64,000 nt of DNA from Pseudobdellovibrionaceae bacterium. GTDB lineage: Bacteria > Bdellovibrionota > Bdellovibrionia > Bdellovibrionales > UBA1609. Below, piece by piece: positions 46,023 to 56,521 of the stretch. A model generated the notes under the pieces. That model saw only the letters and a list, made by a program, of their open reading frames with translations, did not search any database and was not told the DNA's origin. The DNA lies in assembly GCA_020635055.1 (NCBI GenBank), contig JACKAN010000001.1, forward strand, positions 153,266 through 217,265, in the 5' to 3' direction. A program made the position numbers and the translations under genes. Position 1 is the first letter of the stretch. Every line of letters begins with the position of its first letter.

Positions 46023-46978
46023 GTATTATCTAATCCCATAAGTTGAAATAACTCGTTCATAGCTTCATAGGGTGATTTTTTTTGTTGCTCGACTTCTTTA
46101 CTCAATTTTTCCCAAGATTCTTTAAATTTGCTATTCACAAAGGAAAGAAAAGCCTTGTGTACCAAACTTTCAAACCATAATTTGTTTTGTTGAAGACGCT
46201 TTTTTTGAAAATTAGCGTTTTGTTTATTTAACTCTTGATATTTTGTAAGTGAATTATAAATAGCATCAAAGCCTTGTTTTTCTATACTTGAACATAAATG
46301 AATGGGAGTGATCCAATTGGTAGTTTTGTGGAGGATAGCTAAAGCATTTTTGTAGTGTTGGGCGGCAATCTCTGCTGCTTGTTTTAATTCTCCATCCCAT
46401 TTGTTAACCAAAATTGCATCGGCCAATTCTAAAAGTCCTTTTTTAATTCCCTGAATTTCATCTCCGGCATTGGGTAACATAAGAGTTGCAAAGAAGTCGA
46501 CCATATTAGCCACTTCATATTCAGATTGGCCAACGCCAACAGTTTCTATAATTATAAAATCAAAACCAGCAGCCTCACACAAAAACATACACTCTCGAGT
46601 TTTATTGGCAACTCCACCTAGAGCACCTGATGAAGGTGACGGGCGAACAAAAGCCTTTTCTGATAGAGATAGTTTTTCCATTCTAGTTTTATCTGCAAGT
46701 AAACTTCCACCACTGATTGGAGAGCTGGGGTCAACGGCTAACACTGCAACTTTTTTATTTTTTTCTTCTATTATATAAGTTCCAAACCCTTCAATAAATG
46801 TCGATTTACCAACGCCAGGTGGTCCGCTAACTCCTAATCGAAAACTTTTACCAGTATAAGGCATTATAGAGCTTAATAATTTTTGTGCGTCTTTCTGATG
46901 TTCTGGTTTTTGACTTTCAACTAAAGTAATGGCTTTAGCTAGAGCTCGACGATCTCCAGACAGAAGAAGTTCTTTCAT
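46019..46978 (-). CDS. meaB: Methylmalonyl-CoA mutase-associated GTPase MeaB (ArgK)
   Basis: P-loop GVSGPPGVGKSTFIE, VDPSSPISGGSLLADKTRM and the NKWD G4 motif. It lies immediately downstream of the mutase gene. Confidence 0.9.
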   Translation of the reverse strand: MKELLLSGDRRALAKAITLVESQKPEHQKDAQKLLSSIMPYTGKSFRLGVSGPPGVGKSTFIEGFGTYIIEEKNKKVAVLAVDPSSPISGGSLLADKTRMEKLSLSEKAFVRPSPSSGALGGVANKTRECMFLCEAAGFDFIIIETVGVGQSEYEVANMVDFFATLMLPNAGDEIQGIKKGLLELADAILVNKWDGELKQAAEIAAQHYKNALAILHKTTNWITPIHLCSSIEKQGFDAIYNSLTKYQELNKQNANFQKKRLQQNKLWFESLVHKAFLSFVNSKFKESWEKLSKEVEQQKKSPYEAMNELFQLMGLDNT

Positions 46979-49117
46979 CTAAGACCTCGCCAATTTAATG
47001 GCTTTTAATACATCGGCAGCGGCTAATGGAATGGGAGTGCCGGGTCCAAAAATCCCTTTAACACCTGCTTTATATAAGAAATCATAATCTTGTTTTGGAA
47101 TCACTCCACCAGCAACAATAATAATATCATTGGCTTTTAATTTTTTTAATTCAGCAATCAAATCGGGGATGAGCGTTTTATGACCAGCGGCTTGAGTGGA
47201 TACACCAATAACATGGACGTCATTTTCAATGGCATGTTTTGCAACATCTTCTGGAGTCGAAAAAAGTGGAGCTAAATCAATATCAAAACCCACATCAGCA
47301 AAGGCCGTAGCAATAACTTTTGCACCACGATCATGTCCATCTTGCCCCATTTTAGCAACGAGCATTCGCGGTCGACGCCCTTCTTGTTTTTCAAACTCTA
47401 AAATATCTTTGTATATGTTTTGCCACTGTTCATTTTTTTCCATAGACCTACCATAGACTCCTGATATGACTTGTGTGTTAGCTTTGTATCGACCCCAGAT
47501 TTTTTCTAGTGCCATTGTCATTTCGCCAAGTGAACATCGTGCTCGAGCTGCTTGTATAGAAAGTTCTAGACTGTTGCCAACTCCAGTTTCAGCATATTTA
47601 GTAAGTGCCTCTAAAGCATTTTGAGCCGACTTTTCATTTCTATTACTTTTAAGTTTTTTTAAACTTAGGATTTGATTTTCTCTTACAGCTGGATTGTCTA
47701 TTTCAAGAATTTCAATTTCTTCTTCTTTGGTGAGTTGATATTTATTAACACCAAGGATGACTTCTTCTCCATTATCAATGAGAGCTTGCTTTTTGGCTGC
47801 GGCCTCTTCAATTTTCATTTTTGGATAGCCTTGTTCAATGGCTTTGGCCATTCCCCCCATTTGATCAATCTCTTCAATGATTTCCCATGATTTATCAATT
47901 ACATTTTGAGTTAGGCTCTCCATAAAATAGGATCCACCCCAGGGGTCAATAACTTTCGTAATAGAACTTTCTTCTTGAATAATAATTTGTGTATTTCGTG
48001 CTATGCGAGAAGAAAATTCTGTAGGTAAGGCCACAGCTTCATCAAAGGAATTGGTATGTAAGGACTGGGTTCCGCCAAATACAGCTGACATGGCTTCAAG
48101 GGTTGTGCGTATCACATTATTATAAGGATCTTGTTCAGTTAATGACCAACCTGATGTTTGGCAATGAGTTCGTAGCATTTTAGATTTGATATTTTGTGGG
48201 GAGTATTTTTCAACAATTTTAGACCATAAAACTCTGGCAGCACGAAGTTTTGCAATTTCTAAATAGAAGTTCATTCCAATGCCAAAAAAGAAAGAGAGTC
48301 TTGGAGCAAAATCATCAATTTTTAAACCAGATTTCAAAGCTGTTTCTATGTATTCTTTGCCATCAGAAAGAGTGTATGCCAATTCTAAGATGGGGTCGGC
48401 GCCAGCTTCTTGCATATGATAACCAGAAATAGAAATGGAATTGAATTTAGGCATATGTTCAGAGGTGTAAGCGAAAATATCTGCAACAATTTTCATAGAA
48501 GGGGCGGGTGGATATATATAAGTATTTCTCACCATAAATTCTTTTAAAATATCATTTTGAATTGTGCCAGAAAGTTGACTTCGGGATACCCCTTGTTCTT
48601 CTGCCGCAACAATAAAGCAGGCCAAAACTGGTAATACAGCCCCATTCATAGTCATCGATACAGAAATTTTATCTAGAGGAATTTCTGAGAATAAAATTTT
48701 CATGTCTTCCACACTGTCAATGGCCACACCCGCTTTGCCCACATCTCCCTTTACTCTAGGATGGTCACTGTCGTAACCTCTATGAGTAGCTAAATCGAAA
48801 GCGACAGAAATTCCCTGACCACCGGCGGCCAAAGCCCTTCTATAAAAGGCATTTGACTCTTCGGCTGTAGAAAAGCCCGCATATTGTCGTATGGTCCAAG
48901 GTCGACCAGCATACATGGTGGCTTTAGGGCCACGCAAAAAAGGATCTAATCCTGGCAAGCTATGAATATGGGGCAAATCTTTTAAGTCTTCAGAGGTATA
49001 TAGGGCTTTTAAAAGACTGCCATCAGGGGTCGACCAATTTAAGGTGTCTAATTTTTTCCCATGCAATTCTTTTTCTGATAATTTTTGCCAATCTTGCATA
49101 GGACTTGATTCTTTCAC
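46979..49117 (-). CDS. scpA: Methylmalonyl-CoA mutase (fused catalytic and B12-binding domains)
   Basis: 712 aa with the RIARNTQ signature and a C-terminal cobalamin-binding DxHxxG motif ([11 protein letters not shown]). Confidence 0.95.
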   Translation of the reverse strand: MKESSPMQDWQKLSEKELHGKKLDTLNWSTPDGSLLKALYTSEDLKDLPHIHSLPGLDPFLRGPKATMYAGRPWTIRQYAGFSTAEESNAFYRRALAAGGQGISVAFDLATHRGYDSDHPRVKGDVGKAGVAIDSVEDMKILFSEIPLDKISVSMTMNGAVLPVLACFIVAAEEQGVSRSQLSGTIQNDILKEFMVRNTYIYPPAPSMKIVADIFAYTSEHMPKFNSISISGYHMQEAGADPILELAYTLSDGKEYIETALKSGLKIDDFAPRLSFFFGIGMNFYLEIAKLRAARVLWSKIVEKYSPQNIKSKMLRTHCQTSGWSLTEQDPYNNVIRTTLEAMSAVFGGTQSLHTNSFDEAVALPTEFSSRIARNTQIIIQEESSITKVIDPWGGSYFMESLTQNVIDKSWEIIEEIDQMGGMAKAIEQGYPKMKIEEAAAKKQALIDNGEEVILGVNKYQLTKEEEIEILEIDNPAVRENQILSLKKLKSNRNEKSAQNALEALTKYAETGVGNSLELSIQAARARCSLGEMTMALEKIWGRYKANTQVISGVYGRSMEKNEQWQNIYKDILEFEKQEGRRPRMLVAKMGQDGHDRGAKVIATAFADVGFDIDLAPLFSTPEDVAKHAIENDVHVIGVSTQAAGHKTLIPDLIAELKKLKANDIIIVAGGVIPKQDYDFLYKAGVKGIFGPGTPIPLAAADVLKAIKLARS

Positions 49118-49192
49118 TTTGCTTCCTTACTGGTTACCTATTTACCATTCTAAATAATCACTTCATGTTATGTATTTATTAATACCACAAAA

Positions 49193-49232
49193 ATGCCTGA
49201 GGCATATACCCAAAAGCCCTGTATCTACAGGG
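49193..49232 (-). promoter_or_regulatory. Two tandem terminator-like hairpins in the region upstream of the mutase operon
   Basis: The minus strand has CCCTGT-agat-ACAGGG followed by cTTTT, and then ATGCC-tca-GGCAT followed by TTTT. They lie 75-115 nt upstream of the start at 49117. No minus-strand gene lies immediately upstream. Confidence 0.3.
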
Positions 49233-49320
49233 GTCTCAGACGCTCTGCATCTGGAAAATATATGAAATTATATTTGCCTCATGCATTGCGTCCTTAATTT
49301 CGAGCTGCTAATTTAGCTCT

Positions 49321-49914
49321 ATGAATTTTGATTTTTCCTCTTTTCAGTTCTCACCGGTAATTGATTTGCCGAACGACTATGAAGTTTATGATTTTACACA
49401 GGATTACGACCCTGATCGCCCACTTTCTTCAGATTATGGTATTGGACGTTACAATGAAAAGCGTCCTTCCATGTACACTCATGAACAATATCAAAATATA
49501 AGAAATATTCATATGGGTGTTGATATCGCTGCTCCTGTAGGTACTCCAATAAAAAGTTTTTTTAATGGAAAGATTCTGAATTTTGCAAATAATGCTAGGC
49601 CAGGAGACTATGGTTTCACAATTGTTCTCGAATATATTTTGCAAGATAAAATCCTTTATGCACTTTTTGGGCATTTGAGTGAAAATTCTTTAAAAAATAA
49701 AAAGATAGGGCAATCTGTTTCAAAAGATGAAGTGATTGCTTGGATTGGTAATAAATCAGAAAATGGTGGGTGGAATCCTCACTTGCACTTTCAATTATCC
49801 TGGCAAAAACCAGAGGTGGCTGACATGCCAGGAGTGGTATCTACTGAAGATCACGAAGAGGCTTTAAGAATTTATCCTGATCCTAGGTTAGTGTTGGGAG
49901 ATCTCTATGATTAA
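49321..49914 (+). CDS. M23-family (LytM-like) metallopeptidase
   Basis: Contains HMGVDIAAPVGTPI (HxxxD) and NPHLHFQL (HxH). No signal peptide is seen. Confidence 0.8.
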   Translation: MNFDFSSFQFSPVIDLPNDYEVYDFTQDYDPDRPLSSDYGIGRYNEKRPSMYTHEQYQNIRNIHMGVDIAAPVGTPIKSFFNGKILNFANNARPGDYGFTIVLEYILQDKILYALFGHLSENSLKNKKIGQSVSKDEVIAWIGNKSENGGWNPHLHFQLSWQKPEVADMPGVVSTEDHEEALRIYPDPRLVLGDLYD

Positions 49915-50998
49915 TAAAGAAATAAAATTGAAAATATATTCTGATAGTTGTTACTTTTCCACTATCCTTTTGATTATGGGATTACTTGTATCCTGCGTAA
50001 GTACTTCCAAAGTACAAACAAAAGATCGCATAACAGTTATGACATTTAATGTTGAAAATCTGTTTGATACGAAAGACGATGTTAATAAAAATGATGATAC
50101 TTTTTTACCACTGGCTTTAAAAAAAACAATTCAACATAAAAAGATCTGCGCTAAAGCACGTTTCCCCGCTTGGGTAGAGCAGTGTTTATATTGGGATTGG
50201 AATGAGGATGTTGTAAATATTAAACTCTCGCGGTTGGCCCAAGTATTCCATCAGGTCAACTTGGGAAAAGGTCCTGATTTTGTTTTACTTCAAGAAATTG
50301 AAAATAAAGAAATATTGGAAAGATTGAATCAGGAGTATAAACTTGGCTTCAAAGAAATTGTTCTTATTGAGGGGGCAGATGTTCGTGGCATTGATGTGGC
50401 TATTATGTCTAAGTTCCCTCTAAAGGAAAAAGCAAAACTTCACTATGTAAAATTTAAAAATATAAGCAAGGATCGCATTGACGACACTCGCGGAATTTTA
50501 GAAGCCACATTTGAATTAGAAAATCATATACCGATCACCTTATTCAGTGCTCATTTTCCAGCTCCATTTCATCCAGTGGAAATGCGTGAGCAATCTTTGC
50601 AGACACTCAATCAATTGCTTTTTAATTTACCTCAAGATCGAATTGTAGTAGCTGGAGGAGATTTTAATATTCCCTCCGAGGAAGATCATTCCACTCAGAT
50701 CTTAGAAAAATTTGCGGCCCCCCATTGGTGGGTTGCCCATAAAGAAGGTAGTTCACAGTGGCAGGGTTCGACCTATTACCCTAAAAATAAATCATGGTCA
50801 TTTTTGGATATATTACTTGTCAGAAAATTAACAACAAACAATAAAAAATGGCGATTAGATAAACAATCTTTTAGGGTCCTTAATGGAGATCCAGAACAAA
50901 AAGACTCTCAGGGTTTTCCCAAGGAATTTGATCCCGTAAAAATGACGGGTGTGTCTGATCACTGGCCCACAGCTATAGATATTTTATTAGAAAACTAA
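49907..50998 (+). CDS. Endonuclease/exonuclease/phosphatase (EEP) family lipoprotein
   Basis: Lipobox LLVSC|VS, with MTFNVENLFD, LLQEIEN, GDFN and a terminal SDHWP motif. Confidence 0.8.
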   Translation: MINKEIKLKIYSDSCYFSTILLIMGLLVSCVSTSKVQTKDRITVMTFNVENLFDTKDDVNKNDDTFLPLALKKTIQHKKICAKARFPAWVEQCLYWDWNEDVVNIKLSRLAQVFHQVNLGKGPDFVLLQEIENKEILERLNQEYKLGFKEIVLIEGADVRGIDVAIMSKFPLKEKAKLHYVKFKNISKDRIDDTRGILEATFELENHIPITLFSAHFPAPFHPVEMREQSLQTLNQLLFNLPQDRIVVAGGDFNIPSEEDHSTQILEKFAAPHWWVAHKEGSSQWQGSTYYPKNKSWSFLDILLVRKLTTNNKKWRLDKQSFRVLNGDPEQKDSQGFPKEFDPVKMTGVSDHWPTAIDILLEN

Positions 50999-51862
50999 TT
51001 TTTGTGGGTGCTCTTTTTTATCAACAGGAATAATTTTTCCACCTTCACTTTCAATTATTTTTGAACAGGCAAAGTGAGGGTCGTGAGTATAAAAGATTTC
51101 CCATTGTTCCGCGATGGCTCGTTCATAAATCTGTGATTTTTCATCTATTACTTTTTCAGCAAATCGATCGTAACCCATAGTGATGGGTAGGTGAACCCAA
51201 GCTGTACCCGGTATTAAATCTCCTGCAAAAAATAACTTGGTTTTCTCACCTAAAACTAGGGAGTGCATTTGTCCGGGCGTGTGTCCATGTGTGAAAACAA
51301 ATTTAATATGTTCAGGAAAAATTGGTGAAGCCTCATTGTTATTTATTAAATGCAATCGACCTGTAGCTTTTAGTTTGTCTGTCAGGTGAGGGATGAAGGA
51401 GGCTCGATCACGAAAATGGGGATTTAAAGCTCGATCAAAAGCTTCTGCACCAACTACATAACTAGCATTTGGAAAAACGAGATCCTCGCGACCATTTAAT
51501 ATTTCTTCATAAGTTGGGAGCAATCCTCCAGCGTGATCAAAGTGAAGATGAGAAAGCACTACCCAATCAATATCTTCGGGATTTAGCTGACATTTTTTTA
51601 AACTGGCCAGCAGCTGATGGACTTTGGGTGTTTGTACGCCAAATCTATCGGCCATTTTAGGCTCAAAAAAAGCGCCAATTCCAGATTCAAATAATACTTT
51701 TACACTATCAAATTCCACTAAAAGGGCACGACAGGCGAGATCTATTCTGCCCAGCTCATCAGCAGGAGCCCATTTTTCCCAGATCACTCGAGGAGCGTTG
51801 CCAAACATAGACCCACCATCGAGTTTTTGTGAATTACCTAAAATTTCAGAAAAACAAATCAT
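50987..51862 (-). CDS. MBL-fold metallo-hydrolase
   Basis: Contains the LSHLHFDHAGG (HxHxDH) motif. 291 aa. Confidence 0.85.
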   Translation of the reverse strand: MICFSEILGNSQKLDGGSMFGNAPRVIWEKWAPADELGRIDLACRALLVEFDSVKVLFESGIGAFFEPKMADRFGVQTPKVHQLLASLKKCQLNPEDIDWVVLSHLHFDHAGGLLPTYEEILNGREDLVFPNASYVVGAEAFDRALNPHFRDRASFIPHLTDKLKATGRLHLINNNEASPIFPEHIKFVFTHGHTPGQMHSLVLGEKTKLFFAGDLIPGTAWVHLPITMGYDRFAEKVIDEKSQIYERAIAEQWEIFYTHDPHFACSKIIESEGGKIIPVDKKEHPQKLVF

Positions 51863-52053
51863 AGAAACTCCTTGTTAAGGTACTTGCTCAATAATTTTTT
51901 CTTTTGTTCTCAAAATAGCTCAAAAAATATTCACTTTTTTGTGAATGAAAGCATCGGGTATTTGAGTCCATCTCATTCTGAGAATGTTATTTAAGTTCTT
52001 TATCTTAAACATGCTATTTGTTGTATTATAAATTTATGCGACGGAGGATTACA

Positions 52054-52518
52054 ATGTTTAAGTCTGAAAAATACCTATGTTACCGACTGGGTGATGAGCT
52101 TTTTGCTAGTCCATTATCAAAAGTTGTAGAAATTTATCAGTTAGAAGATCTGGAACCTATAAAAAAAGGGAATACAGTCTTTTTAGGCAATATAAACTTA
52201 GGCGCATTAGAGATTCCTCTTGTTGATCTTACGCGAATTGTAGGTCGTAAACCAAAAAGTCACTTTAGTAAGGATGAAACCAGTATTATTGTTTTTGACC
52301 TCTCAGATGGCCCTTGGGGAGCCTTGGTTGAGAGTATAGAAGGGATCATAAACTTTAGCCCTAAAGAGATCCAAAGAGTCGCTGGGTCTGATTCCCCCAT
52401 ATATGGCAAGGCCTCTGGAGTAAAGCAAACATATTTATTGCTGAATCCTGAATATATGGTTAATAAGATGGAGCGCATGCGATGGGGCAGCGATAAGCGC
52501 TACGATCAAGCGAGCTAG
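52054..52518 (+). CDS. CheW-like domain protein
   Basis: Start set at the ATG at 52054, which lies 7 nt after GGAGG. KYLCYRLGDELFASPLSKVVEI... and the overall length fit CheW. Confidence 0.65.
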   Translation: MFKSEKYLCYRLGDELFASPLSKVVEIYQLEDLEPIKKGNTVFLGNINLGALEIPLVDLTRIVGRKPKSHFSKDETSIIVFDLSDGPWGALVESIEGIINFSPKEIQRVAGSDSPIYGKASGVKQTYLLLNPEYMVNKMERMRWGSDKRYDQAS

Positions 52519-52546
52519 TACTAGTTTAACAAAACCATTACCTCAA

Positions 52547-52729
52547 TTATTTAATTTCTTTGTGTACAGTATGTCTTCTTAAGGAAGGATTGTACTTTTT
52601 CTTTTCGAGTCTTTCCGGATGAGTTTGTGTGTTCTTTTTAGTGGTGTAACGTGAAGGTGATTTGCCCTCTTTACGAGCCTCTGTACATTCCAAAGTAATA
52701 ATTCGGACTTTACCTTTTTTCTTAGCCAT
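52547..52729 (-). CDS. rpmG: 50S ribosomal protein L33
   Basis: 60 aa: [60 protein letters not shown], which matches the L33 consensus (Y.T.KN...RLE.KKY.P..R.HT.HKE.K). Confidence 0.9.
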   Translation of the reverse strand: MAKKKGKVRIITLECTEARKEGKSPSRYTTKKNTQTHPERLEKKKYNPSLRRHTVHKEIK

Positions 52730-52950
52730 AATTGAATAACCTCCACGAGAGTTTAAGTTGATAGTTCATTCCACCGCAGTGGTCAAGTGCAATTTCTTTA
52801 AGTAAGGCTAATTAGGTAATTTTCATAGGTTTTTTTAAAAAATAACTCTAGAAAAGTACTAACTTCCGAGTTTGTATCTATTAAAAATACTTTTTTATTT
52901 AGCACTTTCCACGCGAATATTATGTTAGAAGCTATATCTATTTAGAATTT

Positions 52951-53304
52951 TTAAGCTTTTTTGTCTTCATCTCTTTGGTGAAAAATGCTAGGCACTGGTA
53001 TTTTTAATTTGGGGTACAATTGTATTTGTTGCCACCAGTTCAATTTTTTAGTGATTTGCGACAAGGCATAGGAATTTCTTTGCGCTAAATCAAGTAATTC
53101 TGTGAATTTTGGTATTGTATTGTGAGGCTCTTCAGCTTCCGAGAGCGGAGTCGTTGCAGCAAAAATTTCAGTTTTGTCATCTTCATACTTCCATGGGCGC
53201 GTTAGGGGCTTTTCTTCGGCGATTTGGGGTGAAGCTTTTTTTGTTTTTTTAGTTTGGTTAAGATTTTTTTTTCGCTTTTCAACCTGTTTAAGACTCAATG
53301 CCAT
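52951..53304 (-). CDS. Hypothetical basic protein downstream of the parA-like gene (possible partner/adaptor)
   Basis: 117 aa with a Lys-rich N-terminus. The start overlaps the parA-like stop by 17 nt. I recognise no family. Confidence 0.45.
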   Translation of the reverse strand: MALSLKQVEKRKKNLNQTKKTKKASPQIAEEKPLTRPWKYEDDKTEIFAATTPLSEAEEPHNTIPKFTELLDLAQRNSYALSQITKKLNWWQQIQLYPKLKIPVPSIFHQRDEDKKA

Positions 53305-54370
53305 GATTCATTTCCTTTTTGTAAGTCGCGAGAGGCCGTGTTTGATTGCTTTGTTTTAAGCTTCTAGCCTGTATTAAGGTAAAAACTTCTCTAATTAATT
53401 GATTATAAGAAAGTGCTAATGCTTGCCCTGGAGCATATTCGGGAACGGACAAGCTAAGTGCCGAAGATTCTTCACCCATAGTGCTTTCGGGTATACTAAA
53501 AGCAGAACAGTTTTTTAAATTATCCTGATACCAATTTAAAATTTCCATAGACAATTTTCTTTGTTTTTGCCAGCGAGTAGGGACATATAAGTGAGTGAAA
53601 TTTAAATTCATATCATTTTTAAACTCTTTAATAAAACCATCAAACATTTTAAAGTTTCTAAAATTATTAATCTTACATTCCAATGGAGAAACCAACATGT
53701 CACAGGCCACAAGAGCATTGGTAATAAGTAAATTCCAATTTGGTGAAGCATCTAAAATAATTAAATCGTATTTCTCTTTAAGAGGTTCCGTCACAGTATT
53801 TTTTAACCAATACTCGCGACGATTTATCATGGTTAAGGATTTTTCAAGATTCACTAATTCAGGAGTTTCAGGAATAAAGTCCAAGGAGGGAAGATCCGTT
53901 GTATGGGTGAGTTGGAAAAGCTCTCTTTGATTGTTATATAAATCGGGCAAACCATTAATTGCTGAAATCTTATCTAGAGCAGAATCAAAATCATCATTTT
54001 CTTCTAAATCTCGGTTCATCCCTAGTGCCGAGGTTATATCGCCCTGCATATCTAAACCCACTACGCAGGTTTTAATATTATGTAGAGAACATATCCGCGC
54101 TAGATTTAAAGTTAGAGAGGTTTTTAAAACCCCACCTTTAGTAACAAAACAACAAATTACAATGGGCTTTTTAGGCTTTTTTATAAAGCCAAACTGTTCG
54201 CCAATCAGGGGGATTTCATTGGGTCCCCAGGATTTTTTTCTTCCGGAGGGCCCTTTGGTGAAGTTAGGTATTCTTTTGTTTTCTATGGCTGTCAGAAGAA
54301 CATCAGCCGAATAGGGGCTTTCTGTTTCTGTAGAAAACATTTTTAATGTTTTTTGTATAGTATAATTCAT
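53288..54370 (-). CDS. ParA/Soj-family deviant Walker-A ATPase with an N-terminal extension of about 85 aa
   Basis: IVICCFVTKGGVLKTSLTLNLA is the KGGxxK[ST] deviant Walker A motif, and DLIILDASPN is Walker B. The ATG at 54370 is preceded by AGGAGG and overlaps the upstream TGA (ATGA). Confidence 0.8.
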   Translation of the reverse strand: MNYTIQKTLKMFSTETESPYSADVLLTAIENKRIPNFTKGPSGRKKSWGPNEIPLIGEQFGFIKKPKKPIVICCFVTKGGVLKTSLTLNLARICSLHNIKTCVVGLDMQGDITSALGMNRDLEENDDFDSALDKISAINGLPDLYNNQRELFQLTHTTDLPSLDFIPETPELVNLEKSLTMINRREYWLKNTVTEPLKEKYDLIILDASPNWNLLITNALVACDMLVSPLECKINNFRNFKMFDGFIKEFKNDMNLNFTHLYVPTRWQKQRKLSMEILNWYQDNLKNCSAFSIPESTMGEESSALSLSVPEYAPGQALALSYNQLIREVFTLIQARSLKQSNQTRPLATYKKEMNHGIES

Positions 54371-54945
54371 TTTTCCTCCTTCGGAATGAGGCATCCTAGA
54401 GGGTCTGTAGAGTTGGTGGTAAGATTATCACCTTCAATTAATTTTTTTAGGGCATTTTCGAGATATTTTTTTTGGATGAGTCCATTGGGTTCTGGCTGAT
54501 CATCTATCAAACCATAATAAACTCGGGATTTGTCCGCATTAAACACAAATGCCGAGGGCGTTCTTTGGTTTCGAAAAAGTTTTGCAATTTTTTGATTGGG
54601 ATCAGAAATATAAGGAATATTATCACCCAATGTGGCGGCTAAACTTTTCATTTCTTTTAAATTATTCTGTTTGAAGTTCTTAACATTATGAGGGTTAATT
54701 ACAAATACAGCGAAATCATTTTTAAGTGCCCAATGTCCCCATTGAATCAAACGCAGGCGCCAGTCCAAGTCGTAGGGGCAATGTTCGCTGGTAAAAAAAA
54801 CCAGAGCACCATTGCGACCCGTGGCCCATTTTACCTTTTTATTCATTATATCTTGTAGTTCGCCTTCAATAACAGGCCACTTATTCACGGGCTCTGCAAA
54901 AAGGGGAGGACTGATAAAAATAATGAAGAAAAGAAGCTTTCTCAC
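54367..54945 (-). CDS. Exported thioredoxin-fold (redoxin/AhpC-TSA-like) protein
   Basis: Signal peptide (LFA|EP). ALVFFTSEHCPYDLDW has a single Cys where the CxxC motif would be. Confidence 0.55.
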   Translation of the reverse strand: MRKLLFFIIFISPPLFAEPVNKWPVIEGELQDIMNKKVKWATGRNGALVFFTSEHCPYDLDWRLRLIQWGHWALKNDFAVFVINPHNVKNFKQNNLKEMKSLAATLGDNIPYISDPNQKIAKLFRNQRTPSAFVFNADKSRVYYGLIDDQPEPNGLIQKKYLENALKKLIEGDNLTTNSTDPLGCLIPKEEK

Positions 54946-54962
54946 ACTTCTATTTAATGACT

Positions 54963-55724
54963 TTAATACTGATTGCGCAAGTCTCGGAGTTGTTTAAACA
55001 CATCCATTTCGCTGCAATCTGTTAATTGGAAATAATCCTGAATATCCTTACTGTGACAACGCAAAAAAGGGTTGCACTCCAGCTCTGTTTGCAAAAGTGT
55101 GGGAATTGTGGGCTTGTCCATTTTTCTTAAGTTCTCAACTTTACTAACATATTCCTTAAGTTGAAGGTTCTTCGAGTCGACGTCACAAGCAAAAGCGGCA
55201 TTGCGTTGAGTGTACTCATGGGTACAGTAAATTTGAGTTTTAGGGGGTAGTTTTTGAATGCGCTTTAAACTTTGGTACATTTGAATATAAGTGCCCTCGA
55301 ATAATCGCCCACAACCTAATGAAAAAAGTGTGTCGCCAGAAAATAAGCAAGACTCTTGTGGAAAATAAAAAGCAATATGTCCCAAGGTGTGTCCGGGCAA
55401 AAATAAGATTTCACAAAAAGTGTCGCCAAAATAAATCTTTTGCCCATCGACTAAACCTATGTCAACTCCCGGAATTCTTACCATATCATATTTAGATGAA
55501 TAAATTTTTAAATCATAAGCATTTTTAAAAGATAAATTTCCATCTGTGTGATCCCAATGATGATGAGTATTAAAAATAAAATTTGGTTTTAATGAAAGTT
55601 GAATTATAGCTCTATTGACCGATAAAAAATCACCCGGATCTACTAAAGCAACATCTTTTTCGGATTGCAAAATAAATACATAATTATCATTAAAAATGGG
55701 GATACTATGAACATTTAATGACAT
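54963..55724 (-). CDS. gloB: Hydroxyacylglutathione hydrolase (glyoxalase II)
   Basis: Contains THHHWDHTDGN (the MBL motif), GHTLGHI and C-terminal NPFLR. Confidence 0.9.
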   Translation of the reverse strand: MSLNVHSIPIFNDNYVFILQSEKDVALVDPGDFLSVNRAIIQLSLKPNFIFNTHHHWDHTDGNLSFKNAYDLKIYSSKYDMVRIPGVDIGLVDGQKIYFGDTFCEILFLPGHTLGHIAFYFPQESCLFSGDTLFSLGCGRLFEGTYIQMYQSLKRIQKLPPKTQIYCTHEYTQRNAAFACDVDSKNLQLKEYVSKVENLRKMDKPTIPTLLQTELECNPFLRCHSKDIQDYFQLTDCSEMDVFKQLRDLRNQY

Positions 55725-56479
55725 GAGAGTATATGTAAATACTTTTTAACTGTATTTTCAAGTCCATCATAAATCGCTTCACATATGAGGGCGTGACCAA
55801 TGGAAACTTCCTTAATTTGTGGAATGGACTTAATAAGATAATCTAAGTTATTTTGATTAAGGTCGTGACCCGCATTTAATTTAATATTTAATGCTGAAAT
55901 ATATTCTGCAGCCTGTTTATATACTTTTGTCACAGAATCTCTTTCTGGCGAATTAAAGGCTTTAGCATACATTTCAGTGTATAATTCTGTGCGATCGGGT
56001 TGAATGATTTTTAATGCCTGCAAAGATTCATCACTGATATCATAAGGGTTAATAAAAATAGAACTTCGCACGCCCCATTGACGTAATTTTTTACAGACAT
56101 CAGTGAGTAACAGTTGTTGGTTTGGGCAATTCCAGCCGGCATTAGATGTCAAAACCCCTGGAGGGTCAGGTACCAAAGTACATTGATCAGGGCGAATTTC
56201 ATTGACCATGTTCAAAAATCTTTCATCTGGATAGCCTTCCATATTGTATTCTACAGTGTATTCTAGGGTGTCATTGAGAGTTTTAATCCAATGGCCTAAT
56301 TCATAGGCGTCTTTCTTTGTAATATGGCGCTCGTCCGGTCTTGGGTGGACAGTAATACCACGAGAACCATAATTAACTATGTCTTGGGTTACTTGTAATA
56401 AGTGGGGTTGGTCAGTTCCACGAGCATTGCGTAAGGTTGCAATTTTATTTACATTAACGCTGAGTATGGCCATGCCCAT
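55715..56479 (-). CDS. pdxJ: Pyridoxine 5'-phosphate synthase
   Basis: Contains LSVNVNKIATLRNARG, HPRPDERHI and SIGHALI. The start is ambiguous among TTG 56482, ATG 56479 and ATG 56473. Confidence 0.9.
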   Translation of the reverse strand: MGMAILSVNVNKIATLRNARGTDQPHLLQVTQDIVNYGSRGITVHPRPDERHITKKDAYELGHWIKTLNDTLEYTVEYNMEGYPDERFLNMVNEIRPDQCTLVPDPPGVLTSNAGWNCPNQQLLLTDVCKKLRQWGVRSSIFINPYDISDESLQALKIIQPDRTELYTEMYAKAFNSPERDSVTKVYKQAAEYISALNIKLNAGHDLNQNNLDYLIKSIPQIKEVSIGHALICEAIYDGLENTVKKYLHILSCH

Positions 56480-56521
56480 CAACTAAGCGGATTTATGAAT
56501 TCAGTCAACAAAAAATAATTT

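Noticed and set aside
49118-49320. Cobalamin riboswitch upstream of the B12-dependent mutase
   Set aside because: Only about 90 nt are available upstream of the hairpins, which is too short. I could not find a B12-box-like conserved core. B12 riboswitches normally control transport or biosynthesis genes, not the mutase.
53595-54314. Plus-strand ORFs 53595-53930 and 53931-54314
   Set aside because: They are antisense to the ParA-like gene, which has a deviant Walker A motif and a strong RBS.
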